Part shown: positions 1 to 13,060 of the stretch, in pieces
How positions within the stretch are numbered: the first letter of the stretch is position 1
Layout of the letters: each line of letters begins with the position of its first letter
Made by a program: the position numbers and the translations under genes
Assembly: GCA_013239625.1 (NCBI GenBank)
Contig: MU053652.1
Coordinates: 2,482,001-2,546,000, forward strand
Reading direction: 5' to 3'
DNA: 64,000 nt
Source: Lama guanicoe
Taxonomy: Eukaryota
The notes under the pieces: generated by a model
The model's input: only the letters and a program-made list of their open reading frames with translations
Database searches by the model: none
What the model was told of the DNA's origin: nothing

Positions 1-314
1 TGTGTGTGTAAAGATCTTCCAGATGAGTGGTTACACTTGAGGGAAAGGGACAGAGATTGAGGGAAGTTATTCAAAGAGAATCTTAAACTTTATCTATTGT
101 CAGTGTTTTAAAAATATACATTAAAAATGGGTGGGGCTCCAGGAAACTCATCAACAGCAACATGACTACTTAAATGATAGAGCTAGGACAAAGAAGGTCA
201 TATTGATTCTAAATCTCATGTTCCTAATCACTGTTTCCCTCACTTCATTATCACCATACAGCTGAACGAGGAACTTGTCACTCAGTAATGCAAAGTGGTG
301 AAGCTCCATGACAG

Positions 315-575
315 GTAGTATAGTTAGTGATTTAGAGAATGAGCTCTGAAGCCATACTACTAAGTTGTGAATCTTGGTTTTGTTACTCACATAGCACTGT
401 TCCTGGGCAAATTACTTTAGCCTCTCTGCATTCCAGTTTCTTCATATATAAAAGGGGGTCATACTAGTGCTACTCCATAGGGTTACTATGGAGATTAAAT
501 GAATTATAACATGTAGTGTTTAGAATAGTACCTGGCCCCTCAGTGAGTGCTCAATAAATATTAGCTATCACTTTA
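315..575 (+). mobile_element. MIR SINE (ancient)
   Basis: MIR core (ctgggcaaattactttagcctctctg..cagtttcttcat) and 3' end gtgctcaataaatattagctat. Confidence 0.8.
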
Positions 576-1455
576 TCACTACTACTACGACTAAAGACAA
601 TGACTGTTCTAAAAGAAAGTGACCTATTAGGAAGATACTTTTAAGTTAACATCCTACACAGATTACGTAGCTTTTCCTATTTATGGTAAAGAAGAAATAG
701 CAAGAATTCTCGTTTTCTTCCTAGACAGAAGTTTCTTTGTTTATTTCTAAAATAAACTCTGTTACATAAAAAACACCTGTAAACATGTGACCTACAGACA
801 GGAGTTTGAAGAAGTATCTTGCTGAAATCTAAGTTTGGCAGATTAAGCAAAAGAATAAAAGCTAAAAGGGGACAGTGAATGATGTGAAATTCCTAAGGCT
901 CCTCATTCACGAATGTCAACACAGTACCAAAGAGCAATGAACTTTTAGACTTAAAATATTTTAAACATTTGTCTGAATTCATACTTGCACATCACATTGG
1001 ACTATAAAACTTCTAAGGAGAGGTGTGAAGATCAAAAAAGGCATTATGTTTCTATAGACCAGATTTTCCCTGTCACATACCTTGCTGAAAATATACTCTT
1101 AAAATTAGCAAAATGTCTGAGTTCAAGTTAAAAAGTGCTGACAACCACCAGAAGCTCTAGGCTAAACATCCCCAAAGGTTATTTTTCTCTAAAGTCAGTC
1201 ATTTTTCAAAACTAAGATGATATCAGCTGTTTATAAATCAGTTTCCATCTTTCTAATTCTTTAAATTACATATAACATTAGTAAATAATTTTATTCAATT
1301 TTACAAGATTAAGATAAACTGGGTTAATCCTAAAGGGCGTCCGAAAGTTTGGCTGAAGCAATTTTTTGGAATGGATAATTTATAAAATGAAATATTCAGT
1401 TATCTGTACATGAAGGGTGTATACACCTATACATAAAGTAACCTATTAGATTTCA

Positions 1456-1553
1456 GGGTGGGGTGGGTGTATAGCTCAGTGGTAGAGCATATGCTTTTGG
1501 CATGTATGAGGTCCCAGTAGCTCCAACAAAAAAGAAAAAAAGATTAAAAAAAA
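1456..1553 (+). mobile_element. tRNA-derived SINE (camelid Vic-like), B-box deleted, 17-bp TSD
   Basis: A-box tagctcagtggtagagc, A-rich tail, perfect TSD TAACCTATTAGATTTCA at 1439-1455 and 1554-1570. Confidence 0.9.
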
Positions 1554-1794
1554 TAACCTATTAGATTTCAATTCTAAATGAAGTAAAGATAAAACAATCA
1601 GAAAATGAATGAGAACAAGATCCAGGTACTCTAAACAGGCATGAAACCTTGTGAAAAGTACTTTTTGCTTATAAGTAATATATCAAATTTTTCCTTATTA
1701 AAAGAGTAAACAACCTGAATTTGTTCATTATCCAAATTCACCAAAGTTACAAAGAAGATTACATTTTAAGGCAAGTAATAACAGTAGTACCCTG

Positions 1795-2002
1795 TTGAAT
1801 GGAGCACTTACTGAGTATTTTATTTTGCTGTCTTTCATAATTATTTAATTTTCTCAACAACTTGAGGTAAGTACTCTCATTACCTCCATTTTATAGGTGA
1901 GGAAGTAAATGATTAGAAAGGTGACTTGTTCTAAATCACTTTTAAAACTGGCAAGTAGCAGAGCTAGTATATGAACCTGGATTCTGATTCTTAACCACTA
2001 CA
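1795..2002 (-). mobile_element. MIR SINE
   Basis: Antisense MIR core ctccattttataggtgaggaa and end cttaaccactaca. Confidence 0.7.
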
Positions 2003-3697
2003 TTACACTTGTCTCTTAATTACTAAACAAACTGCGTCTCTTTAGACAAGGCAGGAAACAAAATCTCACAGAAATTTTTTCCTTTTTATATTTTTTCTAT
2101 TGTGTTTGTATTGATCTCAGTGTATCTGAGGTTTATTTAGAATCCAAGTAAAACAAACTGTTCCTGAAAAATATATTACTAATAGTGAATAGGGCAAAAA
2201 AGAAAGGAATTAAGCTAAAGGTAAACTATTTGCTGACACCAGTCTAACATATTTTAATGACTGCCAAGAAATTCTTGTTCTAAAGCCTAAATATATGTCA
2301 GCCAGAGACATTTTAGTCCTGTTCACCAATAAAATAGAAACAATGGCTCTGGATTGCAGTATCCACACACCTATCAAGGCACACAGTCATTCAACTAAAT
2401 GTCTATGTGCAAGTTCCCAATTCATGTATCACTAAGTCTCTGTTTCAAATGGACAAAATTCAAAATGGTATGAACTTTCTAAAATAATTCTTATACCTAG
2501 ATTCTCCACCTCAGGGCTGAGATTTTTAACAACCTGAAAATATTTTTTAAAAGCCTTTGAGTTTATGGAATAGTGGTAAACAATTATGCAAATTTTTAGG
2601 AGAACCTATCAGAGTTTTGTTTTATAGCACTCCACTCAGTCCTGCCCTGTGGAATCCTACACATTCTGGAATTAGAACTCAGGACTGGAGTTGCCTTGAT
2701 CACTAGAGACATCTCAGTTACTTACTTACTACAGAAAAAGAAAGGGCAAGACCCCAAGAAACACTGCTAGTCTTTCCCATACCAGTGAAAAACACCAGAA
2801 TTAAATATCTGTTATTTTTCCTTTCAGGTATGCTTCACCTTTAAGAGACAAAAGGACAAACAATGAAAAAAATTAAACCGATATTCCAAAGTGTTATTTT
2901 ATTTCAAAGATACAAGTATTTACATTACATATGCTGGAAAATTTCAATACTGTTGCTCAGCTCTAAGGCAAGTAACAGCACCAGCATTAATAAGATTAAT
3001 AAGCAGTCACTATGTAACTGCATTTTATAAGGACAAGAGGAAAGCTGTAAATTCCCAAACTTCTGACTAAAGCTCCATATTCTGGAACTTCTACAGACTC
3101 CCTACTTTATTACAGTCTAGTTTAACTATTTTAATAATTCATTAATACTAAATGAGAGTACTACTAAGTGAACACTGATGCCCATATCTGGAATGTCTGA
3201 GAAACAGTTGAACAACTGATATCAACATACAAAAATTACTATTTTCAGGAAAGAGATAATTCATTTCTCTGCTCCAAAACATTCATTTCATTGCCCACCC
3301 CAACACCATTCTGATGACACCACACAATTCCACAAAGAACAAACTAAGAGGAAAACAGTTCAACCAACAAGTGTTATCTCATGGTAAGTGTATCAGTAAT
3401 ACAGCTTGCATTACAATGTTATACAATTTTATTAACTTTGATCAGGCTCCTATTGCCATCTGTTTGCATAGTAACCCAGCAATTGGTGTAATGGGAACTG
3501 CAAACTGACTCATAAACTGGTGACTGATGCTTGGAAAATAACCCTATAGCAGGTTATCAGAAATTTTGCATTCTACCTTGAAACTTGCTTCGTCTGTTTG
3601 GATGACATCTCATCTGATGTTTTATTTAAAAGAAATCAAAAGCCAACCACCCAAATGCTAGGGCATATGGCCCAATAAACTACACAAGAATACTTAC

Positions 3698-3752
3698 CTA
3701 GAGCTGTGAAATCTGAACCAGATTTGAACAGAGCTGAAGCTAGGAGCTGAAA
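3698..3752 (-). CDS. MKLN1: MKLN1 coding exon (~exon 17), 55 nt: FQLLASALFKSGSDFTAL(G)
   Basis: Manual translation; acceptor cttttacag, donor TAG|GTAAGT. Confidence 0.96.
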
Positions 3753-4056
3753 CTGTAAAAGAAAAATAGAAGCAAATTAGCTAGGTAAGCACATTGGAGA
3801 AAAATAATTTCTGTAATTTTGACCATTTATTAGCCACTGGATGTCTCTACATGTGTTGTGTAAGTTTATTCACCAGAAAGTGGCAAGAAGAACACAGTAT
3901 CTAGATTAAAGAACATGCTGACTATTTTTCTGGACTACTATTACCATTTTCCAAAATACTAGACCAAGTCCCAGAATTATTTTATTTTAAAGATATATTA
4001 AAATATGTATTTATTAAGGAGTAACAGGTCAACTGAAATAAAAAATTTACTATCAA

Positions 4057-4213
4057 CTGATCCAGCAATTCCACTCCTGAGTATATATCCAAAGAAAATG
4101 AAAACACTAATTTGAAAGATACATGCACCTCAATAGTCTCAGCAGCATTATTTATAAAGCTTGATATGGAAGCAAACTAAGTGTCTATCAACAGATGAAT
4201 AGATAAAGATGTG

Positions 4214-4246
<33 letters not shown>

Positions 4247-4685
4247 ATGGGATACTACTTAGCCATAAAAAATGATGGAATCCTGCCATTTGCAACAAAT
4301 GGATCAATCTGGAGGGTATTATGCTTAGTGAAGTCAGACAGAGAAAGAAAAACATTGCATGCTATCATTTACACGTGGGACCTAAAAAATAAACAAAAGA
4401 ATGACTATAACGAAACAGAAACAGACTCATAGATACAGAGAACTAGGGGTTACCAATGGGAAAGTGGAAGGGGGGAGGGGCAAGATAAGGATAGGGGATT
4501 AAGAGGCACCAATTATAAAATAAATGAGTTACAAGGATACATTGTACAGTACAGGGAATTTAGCCAATATTTTATAATAACTTTAAATAAAGTATAACCT
4601 ATAAAAATACTGAATCACTATGTTGTACATCTGAAACAAATATATTATAAATCAATTATACTTCAATTAAAAAAAAAAGAAAAAG
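4057..4685 (+). mobile_element. 5'-truncated L1 (ORF2 end + 3'UTR + poly-A)
   Basis: gatccagcaattccactcctg, agatacatgcacc, aaacagactcatagatacagag, tatacttcaattaaaaaa. Confidence 0.9.
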
Positions 4686-5181
4686 AAAATAACTCATTTA
4701 GGACTCTGTCATGTACAGACTGGTGTCCTGTAAACAGTTACTGAACTTCTAGTAGATATGCATTCTCACTTCAAAAATAAGTATATGCTACTGTAAGATA
4801 CCTGACATCTCTGCTGTACAAATCAAACTCTGAGGAAAAAGCATGGTTATTACATATAAGTCATTTCTAAATTACAACTTAGATTGGTATTCCACATGTA
4901 CATGTCATGTATAATTATACTGTTATATAATTATAGGGGCTTACCTTCATCACACTGAAAAAAATGTTATAAATGTTGATTAGATTCCCAAGCTAGCCAG
5001 TTAGTTTAAATTAGACAATGTAAATGAACAATAACAAAATAAAACAGGACAAAACTATTGCATTGCTGGTACTTAACAAAAATTGGTAAAAATATAAAAA
5101 TTTAGGAGAACTATTTATATTTATCTTGAACGAGGATTCTGGAAAACAGGCAAGTTAAAGGAAGGTATAAGAATAGACAAA

Positions 5182-5343
5182 AGACACTGTATAGCACAGG
5201 GAACGATGTTCAGTATCTTGCAATAACCTTTAATGAAAAAGAACATGAAAATGAAAAATGTATGTATACGCATGACTGGGACACTGTGCTGTACATCAGA
5301 AACCGACATATTGTAACTGACAGTACTTCAATTAAAAAAAAAG
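5182..5343 (+). mobile_element. Short L1 3' tail with TSD
   Basis: ctgtatagcacagggaac...tacttcaattaaaaaaa; TSD AAGAA(T/C)AGACAAA at 5169-5181 and 5344-5356. Confidence 0.85.
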
Positions 5344-5589
5344 AAGAACAGACAAATGAACAGAATCTCAGTGGAATTACTTGGCATTTTGCAAGGCTTG
5401 AGTGGTTGATACCACTGATTTCTCAGGATTTATTTTACAACTATGCTTGTAGCGTTTAAAATTTCAGGTATAAATCACCTGACTAATGATCCTTTGAATG
5501 TCAGAAACTGGACCAATATCAGTTAGAAGTAACTAAGTAAGAGTTAGAAAAAAAGGAAATGAAAGGAAGAGTTAAAAACATAATGGAAG

Positions 5590-7820
5590 TTCTTCATACA
5601 TTCTGTATCAGTCTTCTGTCAGATATATCTACTGCAAATATTATTTAATCTGTGGCTTGCCTATTTTTTTACAATGTCTTTTAATGAGTAGAAATTTTTT
5701 GCTAAAGTCCAATTTGTCAAGTTTTTTCCTTTATGATTAGTGTCTTTTGTGTCATGTCCAAGAAAGCTCTGCTTATTCTGAGGTTGTAAAGATAATCTGT
5801 TTTCTTGTTAAAGCTTTATTGTTCTGGGTTTTATATTTAGATCCATAATCCAGATTAAATTAATTTTTATGTTAAGAGTGAGACAGAGGTTGACATATCC
5901 AGTTATTTAGCACCATTGTTAAAAAGACTTTCTTTTCCCCATTAGATTTGGCATTCTGGTCAAAAAAGCCGACTGACGGCACGTATGTGAGTCTATTTCT
6001 AAACTCTGTTCTGTTCTGTCGATCTATTTGTCTATTCTTAAGGCAGTACCACAGCACCTTGATTACTATGGCTTTATACAGAGTCCTGAAATCAGGTAAT
6101 AAGTATGAAAACTCCAACTTTTTCTTTTTTCAAGATTGTTCTGGGTAGTCCAGAGCCTTCTGCATTTCCACTAAATTTTAGAATTAGTTCATTTCCTCAA
6201 CAACAACAAAGAATCTGAAACTGGCTAGGATATTAACAGGAACTGCATTAAATTAGAAACCAATTTAAGGGGAAGGGGCATTTAAACAATTTTTAGTCTT
6301 TTAATTCATAAATGTGATTTATCTCTCCATTTCTTTAGGTACTGTTTAATTTATTTCAATATACTTATTACTGCATATTTGATTATTTTTTGATAATATA
6401 AAGAAGTTTCAAAATTTCATTTTCTAAGTGTTCATTGCTAGTATAAAAATAATTGCTTTTTTACCCTATTGACTTTGTATTCTGCAACCTTGTTAAGTTC
6501 AATTATCTTAGTAATATTGTTTCATAGACTGCATGGGATTTTCTATGTATACAATAATGTCATCTAAAGACACAAACAATTTTACTTCCTCTCTTCAAAT
6601 TTATAGGCTGTTTATTTCTTTTTCTTACCTTATTGCACTAGCTAGAACTTCTGGCACAATGCTGAACAGAGGTGGTGACAGCAGGTACCCTTTCCTTGTC
6701 ATAATCTTAGGGAAAGAGTTTAATGTTTTACAGTTAAGTATGGTACTAGCTGTATGTTTTTCATAGATGTCCTTTATGAAATTTCTTTATTTTTGCTTTA
6801 AGAATTTTTATCACCAGGGGAGGGTGTAGATCAATGGTAGAGCACATACTTAGCATGCACGAGGTCCTGGGTTCAATCCCCAGTACCTCCATTAAAATAA
6901 ATAAGTAAATAGATAAAGCTAATTACCTCCCCCGACCAAAACCAAAATAATAAATAAATAAAATTAAAAATACTATTTAAAAAAAAAGAATTTTTATCAT
7001 GAATGGATATTACATTCTGCCACAAGCTTTTCATTACTTATTGAGATGATCTGTGATTTTTTTTTCTTCATTCTGTCAATATGGTGAATTATACTGATTT
7101 TCAAATGTTAAAGCAAACTTGTACTTCTAGGATAAACCCTCTCTTGGCCACTGTGCATTAATTAACCTTTTTATATATTGCTGGATTCAATTAGCTAAAA
7201 TTTTCTTAAGAATTTTGTATCTGCATTCATGAGGCGTATTGGCCTATAATTTTTTTGCCTGTAATGTCTTTTTTGGGTTACTATATCACAGTCAAGCTGT
7301 TTCATAAAAGGATTTAGAAAGCGTTCTATCTTCCTCTGATTTCTAAGAATCTATACAGAATTGGTATTTTATTTTCTTCCTTAAAGTGTTGACAGAATTT
7401 CCTGAAATAGCCGTGAGAGTTTTCTTTGAAAGTTTTCCATCACAAATTCAATCCCTGTCTGTAATTGATATGCAGTTTCTTAAGATTTCCAAATTCTTCT
7501 TGCGTCAGTTTTGGTACATTGCATCTTTCAAGAAATTTTTCCATTTTCTCAAGTTTCTGAATTTGTTGACAAAATTGCTCATATCTTTGTGGTACCCTTT
7601 TAATGTATGTAGGGTCTGTAATTATTTTCCCTTTTCATTTGTGATATTGATAGTTTATGTTTTTTTAAGTCTTGCTAGAGGTTGACCAATTTTAGTCACC
7701 TTTTCAAAGAATTAACTTTTCACATTTTATATTTTTTTCTATTGTTTCCTATTTCATGAATTTCTATCTTCTACTATTTAGGGTTTATTTGTTCCTCATT
7801 TCTAACTTCTAAGATGAAAG
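5590..7820 (-). mobile_element. Old degenerate L1 ORF2 segment (interrupted by a SINE)
   Basis: Minus-strand ORF 5872..6117 resembles L1 ORF2 (LPDFRTLYKAIVIKVLWY); T-rich antisense L1 motifs throughout. Confidence 0.85.
6817..6985 (+). mobile_element. tRNA-derived SINE (camelid Vic-like), full length, nested in L1
   Basis: A-box, B-box gggttcaatccc, tail; TSD AAGAATTTTTATCA at 6800-6813 and 6986-6999. Confidence 0.92.
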
Positions 7821-7959
7821 ATAAACTTTATTGGCTCTACATACAGAAGTATGGGGAGAAAACAATTGAATTTTAACAATCTAATTAAGTAAATAGCACT
7901 GATATGTACCAATCTAGAATTTTAACAGTACTAAGTGATAGCACACAATCTGAATAAAA

Positions 7960-9033
7960 TCAGACCTCTTCCCCAAACTTTAGACTTGAATATCCAACTA
8001 TCACCTCAACACCTCAAGTTGGCTGTTTCACAGGCATCTAAAACTAAACATATGCACATCTAAACTCCTAATTCCAGTCAGGAGTCCCCACCTTCTCATT
8101 TCAGTTGCTGGTAACTTCATCCTTCTAGTTTTTCAGGCTCAAAACTTTGGAGTCATTTCTTTCAAACCATTCATCCAATCTGTCATAAAATTATATTCTA
8201 CCTTTAAAATATATTGACAATCTGATCTGTTTTACTTCTCATCATTTTACTGCTACTACTTTGGGCTGAGCGACAATCCCTCTTGCTTAGATTTCTACAA
8301 CCTCCCTCATAGGTCTTTCTGCCTCCATCCTTGCTCCCTAGTCTATTCTCAATACAGTACTCAGAGTGATCTAAAACATACTGCAGATCATATCACTCCT
8401 CCGCATGCACAATACCCTGTATCAGCTCCTATTCACTCAGAGTAAAGCCCAAAGTCCTAACAATGCTTATGAAGTCATTAACAATTTGCTCTGTCAACCC
8501 CTATACTTACCTCTCTAACCTCATCTCTGACTACTCTCATTCTCCTTACTCTCTACTCCAGCCACAGTGGCTTCTGCGCTGTTCTAAACAAAGTAAAATG
8601 CTCCCATCCTAGGGTCTCTATTCTAGCCCTCCCTTTGCTAGGGATTATCTTCTCCAAATTATCTACTTAGATCACTCTCTCAAATCCTTCACGTCTTTGT
8701 GCAAATCAGATTTCTAAATGAGGTCTATTATGATTATCCTATTTAATAGTGTAACTGCCTGATTCTTACCCCTTATATTTCTTTATTCTTAATTTTCCTA
8801 TAATTTAATTAATTCTAATGTACTATATACTTTGCTTTTTAATTTTCCTATAATACTTATCAAATGCTAATGTACTACATAATTTGCTTATTTAATATGT
8901 TTATTGTTTCCACCCACTAGTACATAAGTATTTCCTGAGCAGGTATCTTCGTTTAGTTCACTAATGTATCTCTCGCACCTAGAAGAATGCCTGGCATATT
9001 GTAGGGACTCAACACACATCTGTTAAATAAATG
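7960..9033 (+). mobile_element. LINE-2 (L2a-like) 3' fragment
   Basis: tatccaact...aggcatctaaaactaaacat and 3' end gcctggcatattgtagggactcaac...tgttaaataaatga. Confidence 0.8.
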
Positions 9034-10123
9034 ACACCAGTACTATGGAAGCTCAGCAGAAAGAGAATTAATATAAAATGTGTAATACTGGCTGAAAACT
9101 TGTTTTTCTTGTTCTTTCTTTATTACAGAATCCACTTTGAAAATGGTAGAATTGGTTTAGGCATCCTCTTCCTGGCCCTTTTCTAGGAAAAAATATCATT
9201 TTCACAAGCTTTATTATAGGCTTATCACCAATTTAGAACCCATGTTCTGGAGACTGGAGGAAAGCAAAGAATTATTTGGCATATAGCTGATAGTCCACAA
9301 TCATGTCCCCACTAACAGGGATAATGATAAAGATCATGATAACCACTCCCCTAAAAAAAGAGGAGGAAAGTCTAAAAGTCACTTTAACTTGCTGATAAAA
9401 ATCACTGAATATAATTAAAATTTTGTAAAGCATACATAGAGAATAAATAACAAGCCACTACAGAAAATGAGTATCAGTAAGACCTTTCTTGATAAGTGGA
9501 ATGATTTCTTATAAGGAAAGCAAAGGCCTATATGTCTCATTAACAAATACTATAAGTAGATATATATACTAGAACTGTCACCAACAGATCTCTTTCCCAA
9601 AACAAAAGTGGTTCACACATTTTAAAACAAAATAATAATCTTAAAGACCAGTAATTCTCAATTTTAGGTGTGTTTTCAGTTTTCTGTTATAAAAGAGCAG
9701 ACAGAGAAGAATCTTAGAGTGACAGTATTGTTTTGAAAAAGTTCTAAAGTGATTCTGATGTTGACATACACACACACATCATTTTTACTAACTTCTACTG
9801 AGGCTAAACAACTCTTGATATATTAAAGCTTTTAAGAAATGGAATGGAAGTCTGTGACATGTAAAATCATAAATTGATACTATTTGGGAAAAGAGAAAAT
9901 GAGAAATTCACTACCAAAAGAATCCTTTTCTGAATGGATCATGGGTTCTTGTGTGACCTGAATCTTACAGAATTACATAGAAATATGTCCATTCAATTTT
10001 TATTTCATCTACTCTGTACCATTTTTAAGATTTTAAGTGTTATACTTTCCTCATTCTCTTTTAAACACCCAACAGCAAAATCAACAAATGTAAGTTAGAA
10101 AGACATTGTAAAAAAAAAGTTCA

Positions 10124-10315
<192 letters not shown>

Positions 10316-10789
10316 TCAGACTTGGAGTGAAATACTGTGTCTGAGGAGATACCGTGGCTATCTAAAAAACCCTGTGTTTAAGAATCCAGAAGTAAGAATA
10401 CACATATATAGATAGTATACATGTGGAGCTAAAGGGGATGTAATGGCAATGCCTGTGGTGGTGTTAGAGACTGGATAAGAGCACTTCCCATCTTCCTGTT
10501 AAAACTATAAGCTAAGATTAAGTCAACTACAAAACATACTGAATATGTCAAATATTTTACATAACAGAACTGTAAAAAAGCCAAATGTCTTTCATAAAAA
10601 ACAAGTAGACAAAATTAAAATAGTTTCTTAGATTTGCATAATATACTTTCCACTGGAGGTACTTAACACTTTAGAAACCAAAATGAGTATGGTTTCTTCC
10701 AATGAGTATCACTTAACACTGATTAGCTATTTTAATGAGATTATTTTCCTGTTTCAGTCAGTAATAACAATAACAAAAACAACTTTTGT

Positions 10790-10985
10790 TAGCAGTCACT
10801 TATCATTTGTTGTACGCTAGACACTGTATCAAGTATCTTACATATAACACTTCATTTACCCTCACAGTAACTCTAAGCTGACAAGTTTTATTATCATTTA
10901 AAAAAAAGCAATGAAGTTGGCCAAGATAAGACCTAGTAAGTGGGAGAAGTAGAATTAAACACAGGTCTCTCTGATTCCAAAGCTG
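10790..10985 (-). mobile_element. MIR SINE
   Basis: ttcatttaccctcacagtaactct...gaattaaacacaggtctctctgattccaaagc. Confidence 0.65.
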
Positions 10986-12966
10986 AAAAGGAAACAAGTT
11001 CTCTTATATTAAAAAAGTCTGCTTGGGATGATTTACCTATTTAAATAAAATAATTTCCTTTGTTATAGCGTAATTACATATGGATTTATTTCTGATAAAT
11101 TGGTATGCTTTTCAAAATATTATACAGAAAGAAAGAGAAGAAGGCATTTGATTTCATTTGGGAAAGGAAAATAGTGAAGAGCCTTTCACAATGGAATTCA
11201 GCTGATGGCATCAATAATTTCCTATCTTTAGAACTAATCTCAGTGACAGGGTAACTGCAGGGGCAAAGACTAGCAAAAATTACAGTTTTCTTGTACCAGG
11301 TAGTACCCCTGATTGTCAGCCAACCTTCCAATCCTCAGATGAGAGTCTCTTAGGTCATGTTATTCTACCATCACATCTACAATGGATTAGATCAGAGTTT
11401 TGGCACCTGAGCCAAAAGCAACTGTCTCAAGCTTGATCAGCAATTTATAAAGTGGCCTGGCAGAATTCTTTCCAACAGAGACACTCTCTCTAGGGAATCC
11501 TCTCTAAGAAGATATCCCTTTAGAGAATCTGAATGTGAGATACAAACAAAAAGCATACAAACACAGAGACAGTAAGCAGAAGACATGAAATGGTAGATTT
11601 CTTCCTTTCCTATCCTTCTCTCCCTTCCTTCCTTCCTACCTAGCTACCTACTGAAGCCATGAGGGAAAGCAGAGTCAGGAAGTAAGCAGTACAACAGGAG
11701 GAAAAGACAGAAGCAGAGAAAGGCTCGATTACAAGGAAAGCTACTACAGTAGCTCCAAGCTATCAGACTTGTTTCAGTACCCTAAATAATTCTCCACTAG
11801 GCCTCACTGTTCAAGTGCTGAGGAAGTACCTTAATTCTCTGGATATTCTCATAATAAATTCTTTTTCACTGAGATATCCTAAGTATGTCTTTATCCTTCA
11901 TAACCTGATAACTAACATACACCTACTCCTATTAAATAAATCCAGCAAAGAGATCCATTTTCCTGGAAATTATGTTTTCTCTTTTCTTTTTCTAAGCTTT
12001 TTTTGGCCTGCAAACACATTACTGGACCTGTGCCTGTGGTCTAGAATTACATTTCAGCCAACAATTCTGCCCTCTACCTAAAGGAATAGGTAATAATCTA
12101 ATAATCCTGTTAGATTTTTCTCCTTTTGCCCCTTTCTACCCACCAAATCATCAATAAGTTTGGAAACCTCAATGCTATAGGAAAAAACAATGGCATTTTA
12201 TTTACTGCATATGGCACACCATTAAGAACAAAGACACTCTCTTGGCATCCAGTGTACTTCTCTCCTTCCAAATTTATACTTCAGATAAACAGTAGCAAAT
12301 TTGGTGTTTTGCCCTTGAAATTAAAAGCATGCCATAATATTTCAGATTCCCAAAAACTGTCATTTCACCTGCCCACTAATATATTTTTAAAGGAGAAAAA
12401 CAACTGCTAAAGATCAAAAATAATACTTCTCAGAATGGCTTGGCTATGGGAAAATGAATAATTCTATTTACTTCCAGAAGGAATGAAAATTAACTTTCTG
12501 GAGGGTAACTTATGATCCATCAATTCTACTGTTATCCTACAGGATTTTTGGATGGGGTGTATACAGAAGTACATAATAATATTAACTACAGTGTTATTTA
12601 CAATAGCAAATAAATTGGAAATAGTCTAAATATTGTAAAAAAGGATACTATTTACATAAATTACACAGAGCACAACACTATGCAGCCATTGTAATTGATT
12701 TGTACTTGTATTTATTAACATGGTAGTAAGATGTTTATAATACATCACTCACTAAATGAAATCAAATTCCAAGCAGGATAATCTCTATTTTTCAGGTAAC
12801 AAACAAAAACTTATTTGTGTCCACATAGTTTGAAGGATATACACCAAAATATTGTTATTATTTCTAAGTGGTGGGATGAGGAATGATTCAATTCTTCTTG
12901 GTGGGGAGAGAGGCTTATTTTTCTTTATTAATCATGCATTACTTTTCCAATTAAAAGTCGGAGGAC

Positions 12967-13050
12967 GGTGATGGGTATAGCTTAGTGGTAGAGTGCATGC
13001 TTAGCATGCACGAGGTCTTGGGTTCAATCCCCAGTACCTTCATTAAAAAA
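12967..13050 (+). mobile_element. tRNA-derived SINE (camelid Vic-like)
   Basis: gggtatagcttagtggtagagtgcatgcttagcatgcacgaggtcttgggttcaatccccagtacc + A tail. Confidence 0.92.
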
Positions 13051-13060
13051 GTAACAATTA

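Noticed and set aside
2720..2745. Acceptor followed by TAA and GTAAGT on the minus strand (3-nt exon or recursive site)
   Set aside because: Explained by a short (TAAG)n repeat next to a pyrimidine run; no independent support.
1..3697. Terminal MKLN1 exon (…FSDVDHTYAQRTQ…)
   Set aside because: Not found in this interval; presumed to lie left of the window.
6817..6890. tRNA-like sequences (also at 1456, 12967, 16306, 46731) as tRNA genes
   Set aside because: They have A-rich tails, TSDs and divergent stems, so they are SINE copies.
11240..11920. Possible old LTR element
   Set aside because: Only a weak 3'-end resemblance; family and boundaries cannot be supported by eye.
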